From Gordius albopunctatus (Eukaryota): DNA of 64,000 nt. The notes under the pieces were generated by a model. It worked only from the letters and a program-made list of their open reading frames with translations. It was not told the DNA's origin and searched no databases. The stretch is taken from assembly GCA_964276515.1 (NCBI GenBank), contig OZ193909.1:6510001-6574000 (forward strand), read 5' to 3'. A program made the translations under genes and the position numbers. Shown here in pieces: positions 48,403 through 62,158 of the stretch (position 1 is the first letter of the stretch; the number at the start of each line of letters is the position of its first letter).

Positions 48403-48951
48403 GTTCTTAGTACTACCATTGTTAATATGACTTTTTGGCCGTCCACTGGCTGCTGACCAATGGAAAAATGACCATTGGTTAAAGTGTGCATCAAAATTTT
48501 TTTTCCGTTTATTTTGGCTAACATAGACTTATAGAGTATCTGTTGGTACTGACCAATGGAAAAAAATGACCATTGGCCAAAGTGAGAATAGAAATTTTTT
48601 CCCGTTTTTTTTGACTCTTATGATTGTTCCTGTTACTATCATTGATAATATGACTTTTTGGCATCCGCTGGCTACTGACCAATGGAAAAAAATGACCATT
48701 GAACAAATTGTGCATCAAAAAATTTTTCGTTTTTTAAAACTCTTATGATTGTTCCTAATACTACCATTGATAATATAACTTTTTGGCCGTCCGCTGGCTG
48801 CTGACCAATGGAAAAAAATGACCATTGATTAAAGTGTGCATCAAATTTTTTTTTCGTTTTTTTTGGCTAACATTGACTTATAGAGTATCTGTTGGTACTA
48901 ACCAATGGAAAAAAATGACCATTGGCCAAAGTGTACATCGAAATTATTATA

Positions 48952-48989
<38 letters not shown>

Positions 48990-49023
48990 TCTCGATCAGC
49001 ATGGTATAGGCTATATTTAAACC

Positions 49024-49299
49024 CATGGGCGTACCCAGGGCCCCCTAATTTAAAAAAAAGATCAAATTTCAATACAAAAACCCTTAAAAATTAAAAAAAT
49101 TATGTTTTGCCCTCCCCCCTATTTCAACTTAACTCAAATACAGTAGGTTAAATAAAAAAATTAAATTTAAATTACGGTCGCAGGAAAATTTTTGGAAAGT
49201 CGAGACCTTTTTTTTGCTCGCTGGAATAATTTAGGATAGTCAAGCAAAATTTTTTTAATAATCTGCCCCCCCCTAATTCAAAACCTGGGTACGCCCATG
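49024..49299. mobile_element. CATGGGCGTACCC MITE
   Basis: TIRs catgggcgtacccagg / cctgggtacgcccatg; perfect TSD tttaaacc; inverted relative of 59107-59344. Confidence 0.93.
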
Positions 49300-49415
49300 T
49301 TTAAACCTTTCACTGTAATAACAATAAATCAATAATAGATTTTTCGATAATTTATAATACTGATTACCCCAACCTTATGTACAAATAATTGCTGTTATAG
49401 AATCAGAGTATACGC

Positions 49416-49878
49416 TAGAGCCCTGCACGGGCCGCCCGAAGCCCGACCCGGCCCTATATTTTGACCTAAATTGCAAATCTTATTCTGGTATTCAAATATA
49501 TTCGTAGCCGTTACATTATAATTAAAATAAGGAAATATTTTAAAAAGTGTTTTATTTGGAACTGTTAGGTAAGATATATTTTAAATAGTTAGATATCCTG
49601 AATAAATTGTAGCGAGTGAAAATTAAAATTTTATTTTAAACTTATCATAGTTGTAAATTACGAGTAATAACAATTTAATGAATTATGTATTTTTTATATG
49701 GTGAAATAATTTTCAAAAATTTTAAAATAATTTTTTTAAATTTCCTATTTGAAAAATCGGGTCGGGTTTGGGCTCGGGTCGGGCCCAAAACTAAAAAGGC
49801 GTTCGGGCTCGGGCAAAATAATAACTGAGATGTCGGGCCGGGCTCAGGCAGAAAAAATTTGCATTTTGCAGGGCTCTA
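49416..49878. mobile_element. hAT-type MITE (TAGAGCCCTGCA TIR)
   Basis: TIRs tagagccctgca / tgcagggctcta; subterminal cgggc/gcccg repeats; near-TSD agtata(c)gc. Confidence 0.88.
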
Positions 49879-51182
49879 AGTATAGCTTAGAATTAAACTT
49901 AAAGGATGAGAGTAAAATAATACGAATTCCAAGTCGTAAGAAGAGATATTATATAATTGCCGTTTTAAAAGGTATCTTTAACTAGAACTTAATGGTAATC
50001 CATTAGTCTATGCTATGATTGTGGCACTCCTTGCAATAATATTAAGGCTAATGCTTAATTAGTAGGATGCACGTTATAAATATCATATTTTTTGCGTTTT
50101 TAGAGGTTTAAATTTTGAAAACGATCCTAATAAAGTAAATATTTATAAGCGATTTTAAATTAACCGATTGAACGTGAAGGAATTTTCAATGAGACAACGT
50201 GAAAGAAGGAAAAATAAACAGGCGATCATTTGCAGTTTACACATTACTATAAATATAATAAGTAAATTCTAAGTTAATAGCAATAGCAAAATTATTCTTC
50301 TATGCTCACTTAAATATTTGCCCAGATTTCGGAATTATCGTAGTAGGATCCTATTGTAAAACGCATATTTTTATAATAAAGTGACACCACCGTATATTTA
50401 AAAAGGTGGTGAAGGAGTAATACAACAGCAAAAAAGAAACGATCATTTAATAAAATTTGAAGAGGAATCATTCAACAAAAATGGCAAAACAAATAATGAA
50501 ACACACATTGAATTCTGCGACGTTTGCACGATTTCCCCAAATTAACTCTAAAAATCAGCGTCTTTTGAGGACTGCGCAAAAATGCTATATGAAAAAGAGA
50601 GTGGCGTCCTCCTAACACCCTTTTAGGAATTTCTCGATGGTTCAAAACACAATTAGGATCGATGATTGATGTAATTCAATTCCGAACCGGATATTTGACG
50701 ATGGATTCTATATTTACAAATAAAAAGCTTCTACGGGGATTTTTATTTGAGGATATTACTTCCTTTTATTTTATAAAACAATGACATGATTCCACAAGTG
50801 TCAAAAATTCCGTCAATATTAGAGGGAGCACTTTAAAACTTAATTAAGCTCTATTGGCCCAATCTGATGGATATAAAGACAAGATCAATTGCTCAATTTC
50901 TTAAAAATTTATAGTTTATGAAAATTAAAATTTTTGAAAATCTTAGCACAAGAGAAATTAAAGTCTTAGTAATAGCGTTGGGTTTAAATTGGATCTTTAG
51001 TGAATTCGTAAAATTAATTATTTAGCACTTTTGAGAAGCGATGGGCAGTCCAAGATGAATATTAATTCTCACAATTTTTAATAGGTCTTCCCTAAATTTT
51101 TTTATCATATTACATCAAAAATATTAGTATAATTTATCAAATCATTGCGTGCGAAAATTAATCAATTAATTTTAGTTATAGG

Positions 51183-51790
51183 TAGAGCCCTGCACGGGCA
51201 GCCCGAAGCCCGGCCCGGGTCGATCGGGTTTCGGGCAAAATTTTATAATATAATCGGGCTCGGGTCGGGCCTGATGTGGCGGCCCGAATTTAACTAAAAC
51301 AAATTGATCTCTTATAAAATAGGATTTAAATAAAATTCGATATTAAATAATTATTTTTCGCACAGCGTACATTATATAGCTTCCAAACTTTAGCCTTTTC
51401 CCTTGTCTATTATTATATAACTGACCTAAATTGCAAATCTTATTCTAATATATAAATAGATTTATAGTAGCTGTTACAACTTTAGAAATAAGATAAGTAA
51501 ATATTTCAAAAGGTTTTTTTTGTTTGAACTATTAAAAATATATATTATAAAGTTAAATTTTTAGCTTTAAATGATTAACCAAATAAATTATAAAGAGTGA
51601 AAATTTTTTTATTTCAAACTTATCCTAGTTGTAAATACGTGTGATGACAATCGAATGCATTTTATATTAAGATGGTGAAATAATTTTCAAAAATATATTT
51701 CTCAAAAATTTTATTTAAAAAATCGGGTCGGGCTCAGGTCGAGCCAAAAATAAAAAAATCTTTCGGGCTCGGGCCGGGCTCGGGCAAACT
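51183..51790. mobile_element. truncated sibling of the TAGAGCCCTGCA MITE
   Basis: Same left TIR and internal similarity to 49416-49878; right TIR missing. Confidence 0.8.
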
Positions 51791-51959
51791 TATACCTTGT
51801 TGAAATATTTTTATTAATTCTTACGTACGGCTACCCAAACCAATATCGATAAACTTTTCTCTCTCGGACCCTTTCCCTGCTGCAACCTCTGGTGTATTTT
51901 ATAGTTGCCTTATGTTATGTGATTCGGCGGAGGATCCCAGAGATGGCTAAAAACTGAGC

Positions 51960-52360
51960 GATTTAATATCACTAAGCCTCTACATCTTCGAAAATCTTCA
52001 TTTTAATTGGGCGTCCGCTGATGGTTGCCAATGGTTGGAGGCCCTTCCAATTCAAAACCTCGTTTCCCGCATGTCGGGTGAAAAAGTGCGGATAACCTTA
52101 GAACTGGCTCTCGGTTTGACATAGTGTCTCCCTTCATTTATGACCTCTGTCCTCAACCGGTCCTTCACTGCAAATACAGCAAGGGACGGCATCTCCATAA
52201 TTCAAGAATCATTAAAATCATCGGGCCTACAATAAAGAAAGCCGGTTATCTAACTCATTTGAACCCTTCGACCTAAGCTCTAAGGAAGGACGGTACCCAC
52301 GGCGTTATATCATACCATCGGTCCGCTGGCAAAAGGCATGCTGAGACTGCATAACGGCGA
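51960..52360 (+). mobile_element. decayed 3' fragment of a CRE-like (RLE-endonuclease) non-LTR element
   Basis: Frameshifted motifs QWLEALPIQNL..VRITLELALG, LHCKYSKGRH and KAGY resemble the WLxALP..R.A..LRLG / C..GR..RH / AG..EP C-terminal series of these elements. Confidence 0.5.
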
Positions 52361-52557
52361 GCTTATTTTCTAAATTAAACAGTTCCCCTTATCTTATCCC
52401 CCCCACCCCATTGAGAGAGGAAAAGAACTTTAAAGATTGTCGACAATTTCTATTTCATGACCTTTTTATTTTGTCATCTATAAAATATTTTTTAATATTA
52501 CTCTTTAATTGAAAAAGTAATTAATATTGTTAAAATTATGTTATCTTACAGAGAATC

Positions 52558-52728
52558 CATAGGCGCAACCAATGCGGGGCAGGGAGGGGCGGCTGTCCCC
52601 CTCTAAATACAAAAATTTGTTGAAATTTATTAAAATTAGGGCTAAAATATTTAAAAAATATCATTTTGTCCCTGCCTAAATTGTTATTGCCCCCCCCCTC
52701 TAATCCCAATGCTGCTTACGCGCCCGTG
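52558..52728. mobile_element. diverged CATGGGCGTAGCC-family MITE
   Basis: Internal sequence matches 3401-3573; degenerate TIRs. Confidence 0.75.
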
Positions 52729-52895
52729 ATGAAAGAATCTATTAATACAGCAGCTGTATTTAGTGCAGCGAAAATAGGCAAAATTTTGGCCTTTAAAGCA
52801 AAAATCTCCGTAATTTCTTTCTCGAAAAATATAATTTTTATTTGTTTGATAGAAATAAATGTGTGGGGTGCGAGAATAATTATATCACTTGTTCT

Positions 52896-53230
52896 CGTGG
52901 GCGTAGCCAGGTTTTGGATTAGGGGGAGGGGGTCAAAACGTTTAAAAGTTCTATTAGGGAGGGGCAAAGCATCGAAATTTTTTGTATTTTTTAAGGGTTT
53001 TTGCATTGAAATGCCCATTAGATTTGTTAAATTGCTAACTTTCTTCAACTCCAGCTACCATCTGCTCGAGTTTCTGCTCGGTCTTCGAGCATTTTTATAT
53101 GCTAATGTTCTACCTAGTGCACCGAACAGAGAGCACATATTGTGCTAACGCCTATATTAAGCAACCCAGTGTGCGTGCTCGCGTCTGGAGTTTGAAGAAA
53201 GTTAGCAATTTAACAACTCTAATGCCCATG
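52896..53230. mobile_element. MITE with a second MITE (53019-53221) inserted into its right end
   Basis: Outer TSD cttgttct; inner TIRs tagatttgttaaattgctaactttcttcaa / ttgaagaaagttagcaatttaacaactcta with TSD atgcccat. Confidence 0.88.
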
Positions 53231-56200
53231 CTTGTTCTTAAATTCTGGGTATCAACATAATAAAAATCAAACGTCGATGGCCCTGAAACGATTCCCAAAT
53301 ATTTCATACAATCCAAAACACTCAACTTTATTAAAAATAAAATTTTATTAATTTTTTAGCCATTGAACGAAATTGTCATTGCAAAATTTTGTGGCAAACA
53401 GTAACTTTAAAGCTCAAAACTAATATACAAAGGTTGTAAAACATTTTTTAATCGTGAATTAATCTAAATAATTGATGATATCAATTTTTGGCAAACTAGC
53501 ATCATAGTATAAGGTTTCCACAATAATGGTGATACTGACCTTTATAAATAAAAAGAATGTTAACAAAATATAGAGAACGCGATTTTTTAATTAAACTTAA
53601 AAGCTTTTTCTAGCTTAAGGTAAAGAGTAAAGCAAAGTCGAGGTAAAAAGAAGCCATTACATTACTTAGCGTTCGCCGAAAAATCTTAAAAGGAACACTT
53701 ACTTTAAAACTGAATTTCGCAATCTTGAGACAAGATTTAAGAGTTTTAAATATATATTAGAAAAGGTGGATAAATTTAAATCAAAGAAAAAGGTGAGATG
53801 TGCTTTATTTTAACTTTGATTATTCCAAAAATTATAGTAAATTACCTTGTCTCCATACAAAGCATTTTGATGCCAACTTTGGTTATTTTAATTAGCTTCA
53901 AACTTACTAAGACAACATTTACCGCACGATAATACTCAAGGGGAACGGCTTTGAAAGTTTGCTATATCTCACCAAATTGGTGTTCATAATTAATTTGAGG
54001 TGAATGCTAAAGCACTTACAGTCTCGAATCAACCATGAATTTTTACAACTTTTGGAAAGTGAATGACAAATTAAGCTTTATATCTTGAAAGGCTTAGAGG
54101 GGAAACATAGCTATAAACTAAAATTGCCAACCTTTTAAAATATATTATTAATTACCATCATTTTCAATAGAGGATATTTTACTATTATAAAATTCCTCTG
54201 TTTCATTAATAATTTATTCAATTCAATTCAATTAAGGTTGATATTTATGATGTAAAGTCATTAAAAAAACACTTTAATGGAAAATCTTTTTTTGTCTAGC
54301 ACGTTTAACTTTGGATATAATGGTGTCCAAGCATAGGTGTAGCCAGTGCGAGACGGGGGGGGGGCTGCCCCCCTCTAAATCGAAAATAATCTTTAAAATT
54401 TAATTTAATTATGGGTAAAATTTTAAAAAATGATCATTTTGCCCCTCCCCCATGATGGAGTCTATGCTACGATGAGATACTAAATATTAGGCTTTTCGCC
54501 AAACTATATTTCAATCGTTGAAACCTGTTTTAAAACAATAACCCTTCTTTCAAAAGTTATTGGCATCTTTGGATGAAAGAACTATATATTAATACCTTAT
54601 GGTTCCAGCCTTACTAAAATTTAACTTAAATTCCTGAGTGGTATTAGTTAATGATTATTATTATATCTCGATTGATTCTATATCATCAAGGGATCGTTCT
54701 TTGTACATGAAAAGTAAATAGGATTTTGAAAGCAAAGCGTGGTTAATAAAATTAATACCAACTACAATTTTATCACAATGATTGAACATTATTACCTAAC
54801 TCAAATAAAACGTATTCAATTCCAATTTTGCATCAAAATATTAGCCATTTTAGTTTATATATATAACATCATTTTATGTATTAATTAGCTTCAATATAAA
54901 CTATTTTAATTAAATCCATAACTTTAAAACGATTAAAAAATTTTGGATTGGAGATTTGTTTGTAAGCCCAAGAAAAAGGTTCATCAAGATATTCCAAAGA
55001 AGATCAAAAAGCTTCATTCTATTTAACTCTTAGTGGTGTGGTAATTTAAATGAGATCAGTGGCATAATATTTAGATCAGTCCCGATGGTACATTCAATTG
55101 CAATTTATTAAAATATAATTTATATTGCATTATTTTCGAATTGCATGAATACATGCTTTTTCAAAACACCCAATTTATCCCTAATAATGTACTACGCCTA
55201 TATTTTCCAAAATCGCTCTTTAAAACTTCTCGTTGATCAAGCAAGGTATTAACTAACAAAATTAATTCCCAGCGGGTTAAATTATATCCAATCCAAGTCT
55301 ATGACATAAGACAGACATGTATTGACTTAAGATTCAAGTAGAGTTATTCCAGATAATATCGGATTCGGATCCTTCAAATTAAAGAAAATTTTACATTATT
55401 ACGAGTAAACTAGATAAAATTTTCATTTTTTAAATTTTCTTAGATTCCAACACAGATATAGCACAAAAACAACCTATAGCAACTCGTAAATTGTAGCAAT
55501 TAAGGCCAAATCCAATGACAGAGGGTTAAGAGATTTTTATAAGTGATGGCTGATTGGGCATCGAGACTAAGTGTTAGACGATGGATAAGGTGTTAAATCA
55601 AAGCTTGATCTTTTCAATATGCTGCCAAAGCGAAATATAAAGTAATGTGTCAACAAGGTGTCGGGCAATAATATTTGATCCGATTAAATACCCATTAGCC
55701 CGATTTGATGATTCATCTTCTAAAATAGATAGATAAAGTGCAATCTTGATCCAAAAAGCTTACCATTTTTAGGAATTTTTTTTGGAGGTAAATATTTTGA
55801 AGAAAGTGGTTAGAATCAAATTTTATTGAAGCATCAGGTGCACTAACAAATCAAAATCAATAAATATCCTTAAATAATTGGGTTATCGTCGTCGCGGTAA
55901 ACCTATTTATCTTTTAATTTACTAAAGAGGAAAGGGTGTTACCACAGTTTTATATAGTATTATAATTGAGAAAGCAAGAACACGTCGTAGGGAAAACCTT
56001 TAATCTACTTAAATCCAAAATTATTTTCAACTTTTAGTTTAACACATAAAAATGGACAGAATCTATTATATAAAAACATCAACAAAAAGACTTATAAACC
56101 ACAATCATGACATCGTATGACGACGGCCTTTATTAGTTTGATATATTATCGCGGTGATTGGGACGTAGACTTTGCCAAAACAAAAATCCAAATTTTTTGG

Positions 56201-56993
56201 GTAATAAATACATCTATTTTGTCTTTTTTCACTTAATTATTTATTATTTTTCCGCTCCCTACAGCATTATAAATCGCAATAAATGAAAAACAAGTGGACA
56301 AAGCTTAATAATCTTTATAAATATATATGCTCACAATTTAGGTGCGGTTTTATTGATAAGATAAATTTAGTTATAATTTGTGAGCTAAGCTCTAATGCCT
56401 ATCTAAAGCTATTATTTAATAGCTGTGCCAAGCGTGCGAAAAGTATCAAAAGAAGATATTTAAAAATTCTAAAAAAGTACAATTAAACTTTGCCTCCATT
56501 TCTAATTGCAATCAATAGAGAAAGTATTGTACCTACACCTATTTGATTTATTGATATGTTTACAACTGATGCGTCAGTCAAAATTAAATGTTTTTTTTAT
56601 TGGCACATATTAGAAGCGATGATAATATGATTTTAATTAAAAAAGATAGTTTAAAAAAAATTGCAGCCCTGAGCTATTTTAGAAAGTGTAAACTAAAGTC
56701 GTTATTTATACTTTAGAGGCCTGCGTGCGCGGCCCAAAGCCCATCACACCCCAAGCCCCAAGATTTCCGGGCAGGCCTCTGGCCTTAAATATCAGAAGTT
56801 TTAAAATTAGGCCCAACCGTAGTCTTTTATTCTTTTAAAAAAGATATATCATCATCACATTATGAAATTAATTAAATGAAACTTAATAATTTTGTTTAAC
56901 TTCTATTCATATGTTCCGCGTCATTTATCTACTACCTCCAATCATGTGTTAAATAATCGATCCACAAATAAACCCATTTGTTGTAGCTAAAAG

Positions 56994-57770
56994 TGGCGTT
57001 GTAAAAAGGGTTGGGGGGTTTTGCTTGGCCGGCCTTTGCTTTTAGTCGACACTAAAGATTAAAAAACCAAAGATTTGTTGCTCCCTTTGTCTTAGAGCGT
57101 GTCTTAATATCGCATTTTTCTGCGCAGCAAAAATCGACGTGCGGGTTATAACCCTTCCATTTTAAAAAGTGTACCACCCCATTTTGGCAGCCATTTTGAT
57201 GAGTGAAACGTGAATTTTGACCAATTTATATGGTTTGATAAATTTTTAAAATCGCTATAATGATTAAAATGGGTTGTTTCGTGTTATAAGATCAATGATT
57301 AGGGTCCAATGCAATCCATCGCTATTCAAACTCACTTCACTTATTAAAATGGCGGTCGTTTTAGGCAACACTTTTGATGCGTGAATATATAAGAGATGAA
57401 GCAGTCTATTAGTCTATGGTTATAACATAGCCGTGTATTAACTTCGAATTCACAGCAGATTTAAATTTCAGACGCATAACATAACAGCGATCAATCGCAA
57501 GAGTTGAAATAAACAAAAAAACGTGTTTAACTTTCAAAAAACAAAATAATATTAATAATTACAACCGAGTTTGACACGTGAAATTTAATAGGATATTTGA
57601 TAAAGATAAATTCGCGCCATTTGAATCTGAATCCGATATTAAGACGAGCCCTTAGTCGCATAAGTAGACTAAAGATTAGACCAAAAAACCTTTGGAGGCT
57701 TAGTTAGGTTTAGTCTACTAAAACCCAAGGGAAGGCCAAGCAAAACCCCCCAGCCCCTTTTACAACACTA
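56994..57770. mobile_element. TIR element (probably hAT MITE) containing a Harbinger-like insertion
   Basis: gttgtaaaaagggttggggggttttgcttggcc is inverted relative to ggccaagcaaaaccccccagccccttttacaac. Confidence 0.8.
57095..57651. mobile_element. PIF/Harbinger-like MITE
   Basis: TIRs gagcgtgtcttaatatcg / cgatattaagacgagccc; TTA on both sides. Confidence 0.7.
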
Positions 57771-59106
57771 GTCTAAAGGAAAAAGAAATTACACGCAAAT
57801 TAGGCTGGTAAAAATAGAAGCCAGACTATGCATTTGTGTGCTGGAAGATGGAATGGCCCCCTTATTCAAGACTGGAACCTTATTTTAAAATACAATGACA
57901 TCAACAAATTTAATGTTGGGAGTTTAACACCTTTTTAAAAATTTTATTTTAATTTTGTAATTAATGCGTTATTCTTACATTTCTATAATTTTATTTTTCC
58001 GGGCCCAGCCTGACATCAGGGCCCGGGACACTCCCTGTATTACTTAGGTCAAAATTCTAAGCCCGGGCCGAGCCTTAGAAAAATTGATTTTGCGTGTCTT
58101 TACTCAGTCTTTGTTTTATGAACTCAATATCATTGAATAATTCCTAACAGCCCATAACTTTGCCATTTCCCCTAATTCTATAATAAAGTAACAAGCAGTG
58201 TAAAATATTTTTTAAATATTACATAAATTCAGCTCGGACCATTTTATTAGCTGTAATTTGACCCTACTCTGACTATTCCCTATTAATAATAATTACTTTT
58301 AAATTAAAGCAACGAGACAAAGAGTTAATGTTAAACACGATAACATAGGCTTAGCCAGGTATTGGATCGGGGGGGGGGGGGCAAAACGTTTAAAAGTTCA
58401 ATTGGAGGGGGGCAAAACATAAATTTTTTTAATTTTTCAAGGTTTTTGCATTGAAAATTTAATATACCATTTACGTATTATGACAGATAATTTCGCAAAA
58501 GTATTTTTTAAGGGGCAATGCAAATAAATATTATAGTCATAATTAATAATTAAAGTTTATAATAAAAATGCTAAGGGTCTTTATAATCCCTATTATATAA
58601 ATATATAAGTTAAGAATTCAGTTAGAAGTCAGTAGAGTAGCTCAAATTTGTATTTTACTATCCAAATAAAAAAACATCAAAACAAAAAAATAGAGTTGTC
58701 CAAACTTCAGGAAGTTTTGACTTTTTATTTTTTGAGACAGAAAGGTTTCTATTGTTATTGTTTAACTTAGTTGTATATTTTTACAATAGAAATAAATCTT
58801 GGAGGTTTAGATTTGAGAATATTAAATTAATCTTCATGTAATATCTTAAAACAGACATTATATAGGGCTGTGAAAACAATCAATTTTGCATAAAAATGGC
58901 ACTTCCTGTTCATACACATATATCAAATTTAATTTGTTTTAAATAAGTATATAAATATGATATTCCCAGGCTACAATAATATTAACTATAAATTATAAAC
59001 TCCTCAATTTGATGTTTATTTATTTGTGACCACTTGATAAAATGTTATATATTAATATTTATATACCATTTTCATACAAAAAATATCATATATATAGCAC
59101 TTTTAA

Positions 59107-59344
59107 CATGGGCGTACCCAGGTTTTGAATTAGGGGGGGGGGGGCAGGCAGGAAGGTACTATCCAAAAATTTTCCTGCGCCTGTAATTTAAATGTCATTT
59201 TACCTACTGTATTAATTTGAGTTAAGTTGAAATAGGGGGGGGGGGGCAAAACATAATTTTTTTAAATTTTTAAGGGTTTTTGTATTGAAATTTGACATTT
59301 TTTTTAAATTATTGGGGTTGGCCCCCCCCCTGGGTACGGCTATG
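59107..59344. mobile_element. CATGGGCGTACCC MITE
   Basis: TIRs catgggcgtacccagg / cctgggtacggctatg; perfect TSD acttttaa. Confidence 0.9.
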
Positions 59345-59430
59345 ACTTTTAATGTTAGACATGTTGAAATATCAGTGCACAGGAAAATTTATAAAAGGAA
59401 ATTTTTATAAAAAATTTCTTTACCTATAGG

Positions 59431-60772
59431 TAGAGCTGTTGGAACTAGTTCCTTTTTTTCTCACCTTTTAAGTTCCTTTTGCCAATTTCAATTTGAATTA
59501 AAAATTTTTAAATTAATTTATAATTTAAATATTATTTAGTATTTTATTCACGGTAGTGTTTGTTAAATAAACTTTTCGCCTTATGGTAATTTATATAAAG
59601 TTCATTTCCTTTAATTGATTTTTATGAAAAAAATATGGTCATTGGTAGTGCACAAATGCCAGCAGTTGTGGAACTTGCAAGTTAGATCAACTGATGCTGC
59701 TAACTTGATTCAAAAACAACTTGCTTCTTATTTTATATGTCCTGTAATTACAAGATGGAATTCCTGATATAATATTTCTATGAGGCACTTAGTTTCCATT
59801 ATAAAGGGACAATTTGGTGGGTTACAAAGTGTATGTGAAGTTCACATCACATGAATGTGATTTTATTGCAGAATGTTGCGATGCGAAATTTTATTTTAAT
59901 TTAAACATTAGCATTATTTTAAAATGGTTTTCAAGGGGCGTGGAACCAATTGCAAAGGCAATTGAGTTTTTGGAAGGGCAAAACTATATGTATCTAGCAT
60001 ATTATACCCCGACAATCACTCAAATATTGATGAAAATTGAATCTATGGGCTCCTTGAAATGGTGTAAGCCATTAAAAGATGCTATTACTCAAGGCATTAA
60101 TAACAAGTTCAATATTATTTATAACGTCTAGTGTAGCTAATTAATAGATTTTTGGATCTTTTTAGCAAAGAAAATCTCTCGGCGACTATTCTCCATCCTG
60201 CTTTTAAAACAGATTGGAATCGTATTCGCAAAGAATGCGCTGCGAACAGGAAAGCAAATATTTTAGAGGATATCAATTTGTTTGCCCCTAAATCTCAACA
60301 GGCTGGACCTACTTTATGAGAAATGGATTTTTTTGAATTAAAAAATGATGAAAAGAATGAATCAATTGAACGTTTTTTGCTTTCTAATAACCGAGATTTA
60401 AGTCTTCTAGACAGTTTTCCCCATTTAAAAAAACTATTTATTAAATATAATACGCCATTACCATCAAGTGCCGCCCCTGTGGAAAGATTATTTAGCTTGG
60501 GCAAAATTTTATTTGGAGACAAGCGAACATGTCTTTTAGATGACAACTTTGAAAATAATATTTTGTTAAAATAAAATAAAAATTTATTACCTGAGGATTT
60601 TTATAAATTGTAATATATAATATATTGGTTTTATGAATTAATTAAAGATGTTTGTACATTTTTAAAAAAAATTTAAAAAAGGAACTTCAAAAGGAACTGG
60701 AACTAGTTCTATTTTAGGCAAAGGAACGGGAACTTGACAAGTTCCTTTTTAAAAGAACTTTTAACAGCTCTA
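59431..60772 (+). mobile_element. internally deleted hAT transposon
   Basis: TIRs tagagctgtt / aacagctcta; perfect TSD cctatagg; transposase remnants TRWNS, EPIAKAIEFLEG, ILHPAFK and [20 protein letters not shown] (60323-60574). Confidence 0.92.
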
Positions 60773-62158
60773 CCTATAGGTTAAGAATAATGGTTTTTGT
60801 TAATAAATTCTAACAAAAAAAATTGGATTTTTTTTTCCATATTGTGGAACGTGGGGTCCTGGAAGACCCCGGGCATATGAAACACTCTCTACCTTAAAAA
60901 CTATTTGATAAAAACAAGCCAAATTTTGCAGAGATATTCTAGAGTAAATTTTATTAAGCTACTGAAAAAATGAAATTATAAAAATCACTAACTTCATTTG
61001 TACTCAGATGAGAATTTAATAAAGAAAATTAGGGACTGAATCGGGTTATGGCTTCTAGGGACTACTAAAAATTGTAGATTACATGAATTATAAACTGCTT
61101 TACACAAATGATGATAATTTCAGTGTTTCTGAATAGTGGAAATATCAAGATAAGTTTGCTGCTGCAATGCAATACAACCTTGCACATTGTTTTTGGTCTG
61201 CTTTCTCCTCCACATGCGAAATATCATTTTCAAGGGCACAACAAATTTCAGAAGAGAGAATATCAACCTTAAACATAATATTTTAGGAGAATGATTTATA
61301 CACGTTCATCATATATAAGATAAGTCGTATTAATTACAAAGTCAAACTAAATTATTTGAGCAATGTTGTTGGGTGGGTTAATTGGCTAATTCAGAAGCAG
61401 GTACAGTTTCGGGTAAGAGATTTGGCCCAATTTGAGTGGTAAAACCAAGAAAGAATTTTTTAATTTATATGTAATTAATTTTGAACTGAAATGGTCAAAA
61501 AATATTTTAAAATTGACAAAATATACACACTGATTGGTTTTCCAAATGGATAATCTATGCTCGACAAGGAGCGGGTCCTTAGAAAGATGTGCATATAATT
61601 TAAAAATAGAAAACGGTTGTTAAATAAATATTTTTTTCCAAATTGATTTTGTTTGAAAATTTTGTCATTGAAATTTAGATAGGCCATGGGCGACAAAAGC
61701 AGTGTCTCCCCCTGCCTTTCCCCCCAGTCTATAGTTATAGTGCAATAACTATTAAATAAAATTGCACTTTGTGGTGGTAATTTTTAAGGTTGACAGTGGT
61801 ATAAATATTTTTCAAATCTTTTTTTCACTATAATTCATGGGCGTAGCCAGCAGCATTAGGATCAGAAGGGGGGCAGTAATGATTTAGGGAGGGGCAAAAT
61901 GATCATTTTTTGAAATTTTAGCCATAATTTTGCATAAATTTCAACAAAGTTTTGCATTTTTAGATTTAATCTCGAAGATCTCGTTGAAAATGGCTATCTG
62001 ATTTTTCTTAAATCTTTTTAAGGAAGTATATGTTGAAAAAAGCATTAACACTCGTTAAGAACATTGGTAAATATAGATTACGAAATATTAGAGCCAAATA
62101 TAAGAAAGTATGTACGATCTAAAATGTATATTAATATTTAATTTGAAGGGTGTCTCAC

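Larger units (their letters stand above)
43864..48945 (+). mobile_element. Helentron/DINE-1-like element, 3' truncated, hosting two hAT insertions
   Basis: 5' ttaattcctatgcaatttatgggctc; the family's tandem repeats resume after each nested insertion (45383-46078, 48403-48945). Confidence 0.75.

Noticed and set aside
52666..53148. 160-aa and 110-aa ORFs
   Set aside because: They run across adjacent MITEs and show no domain signal.
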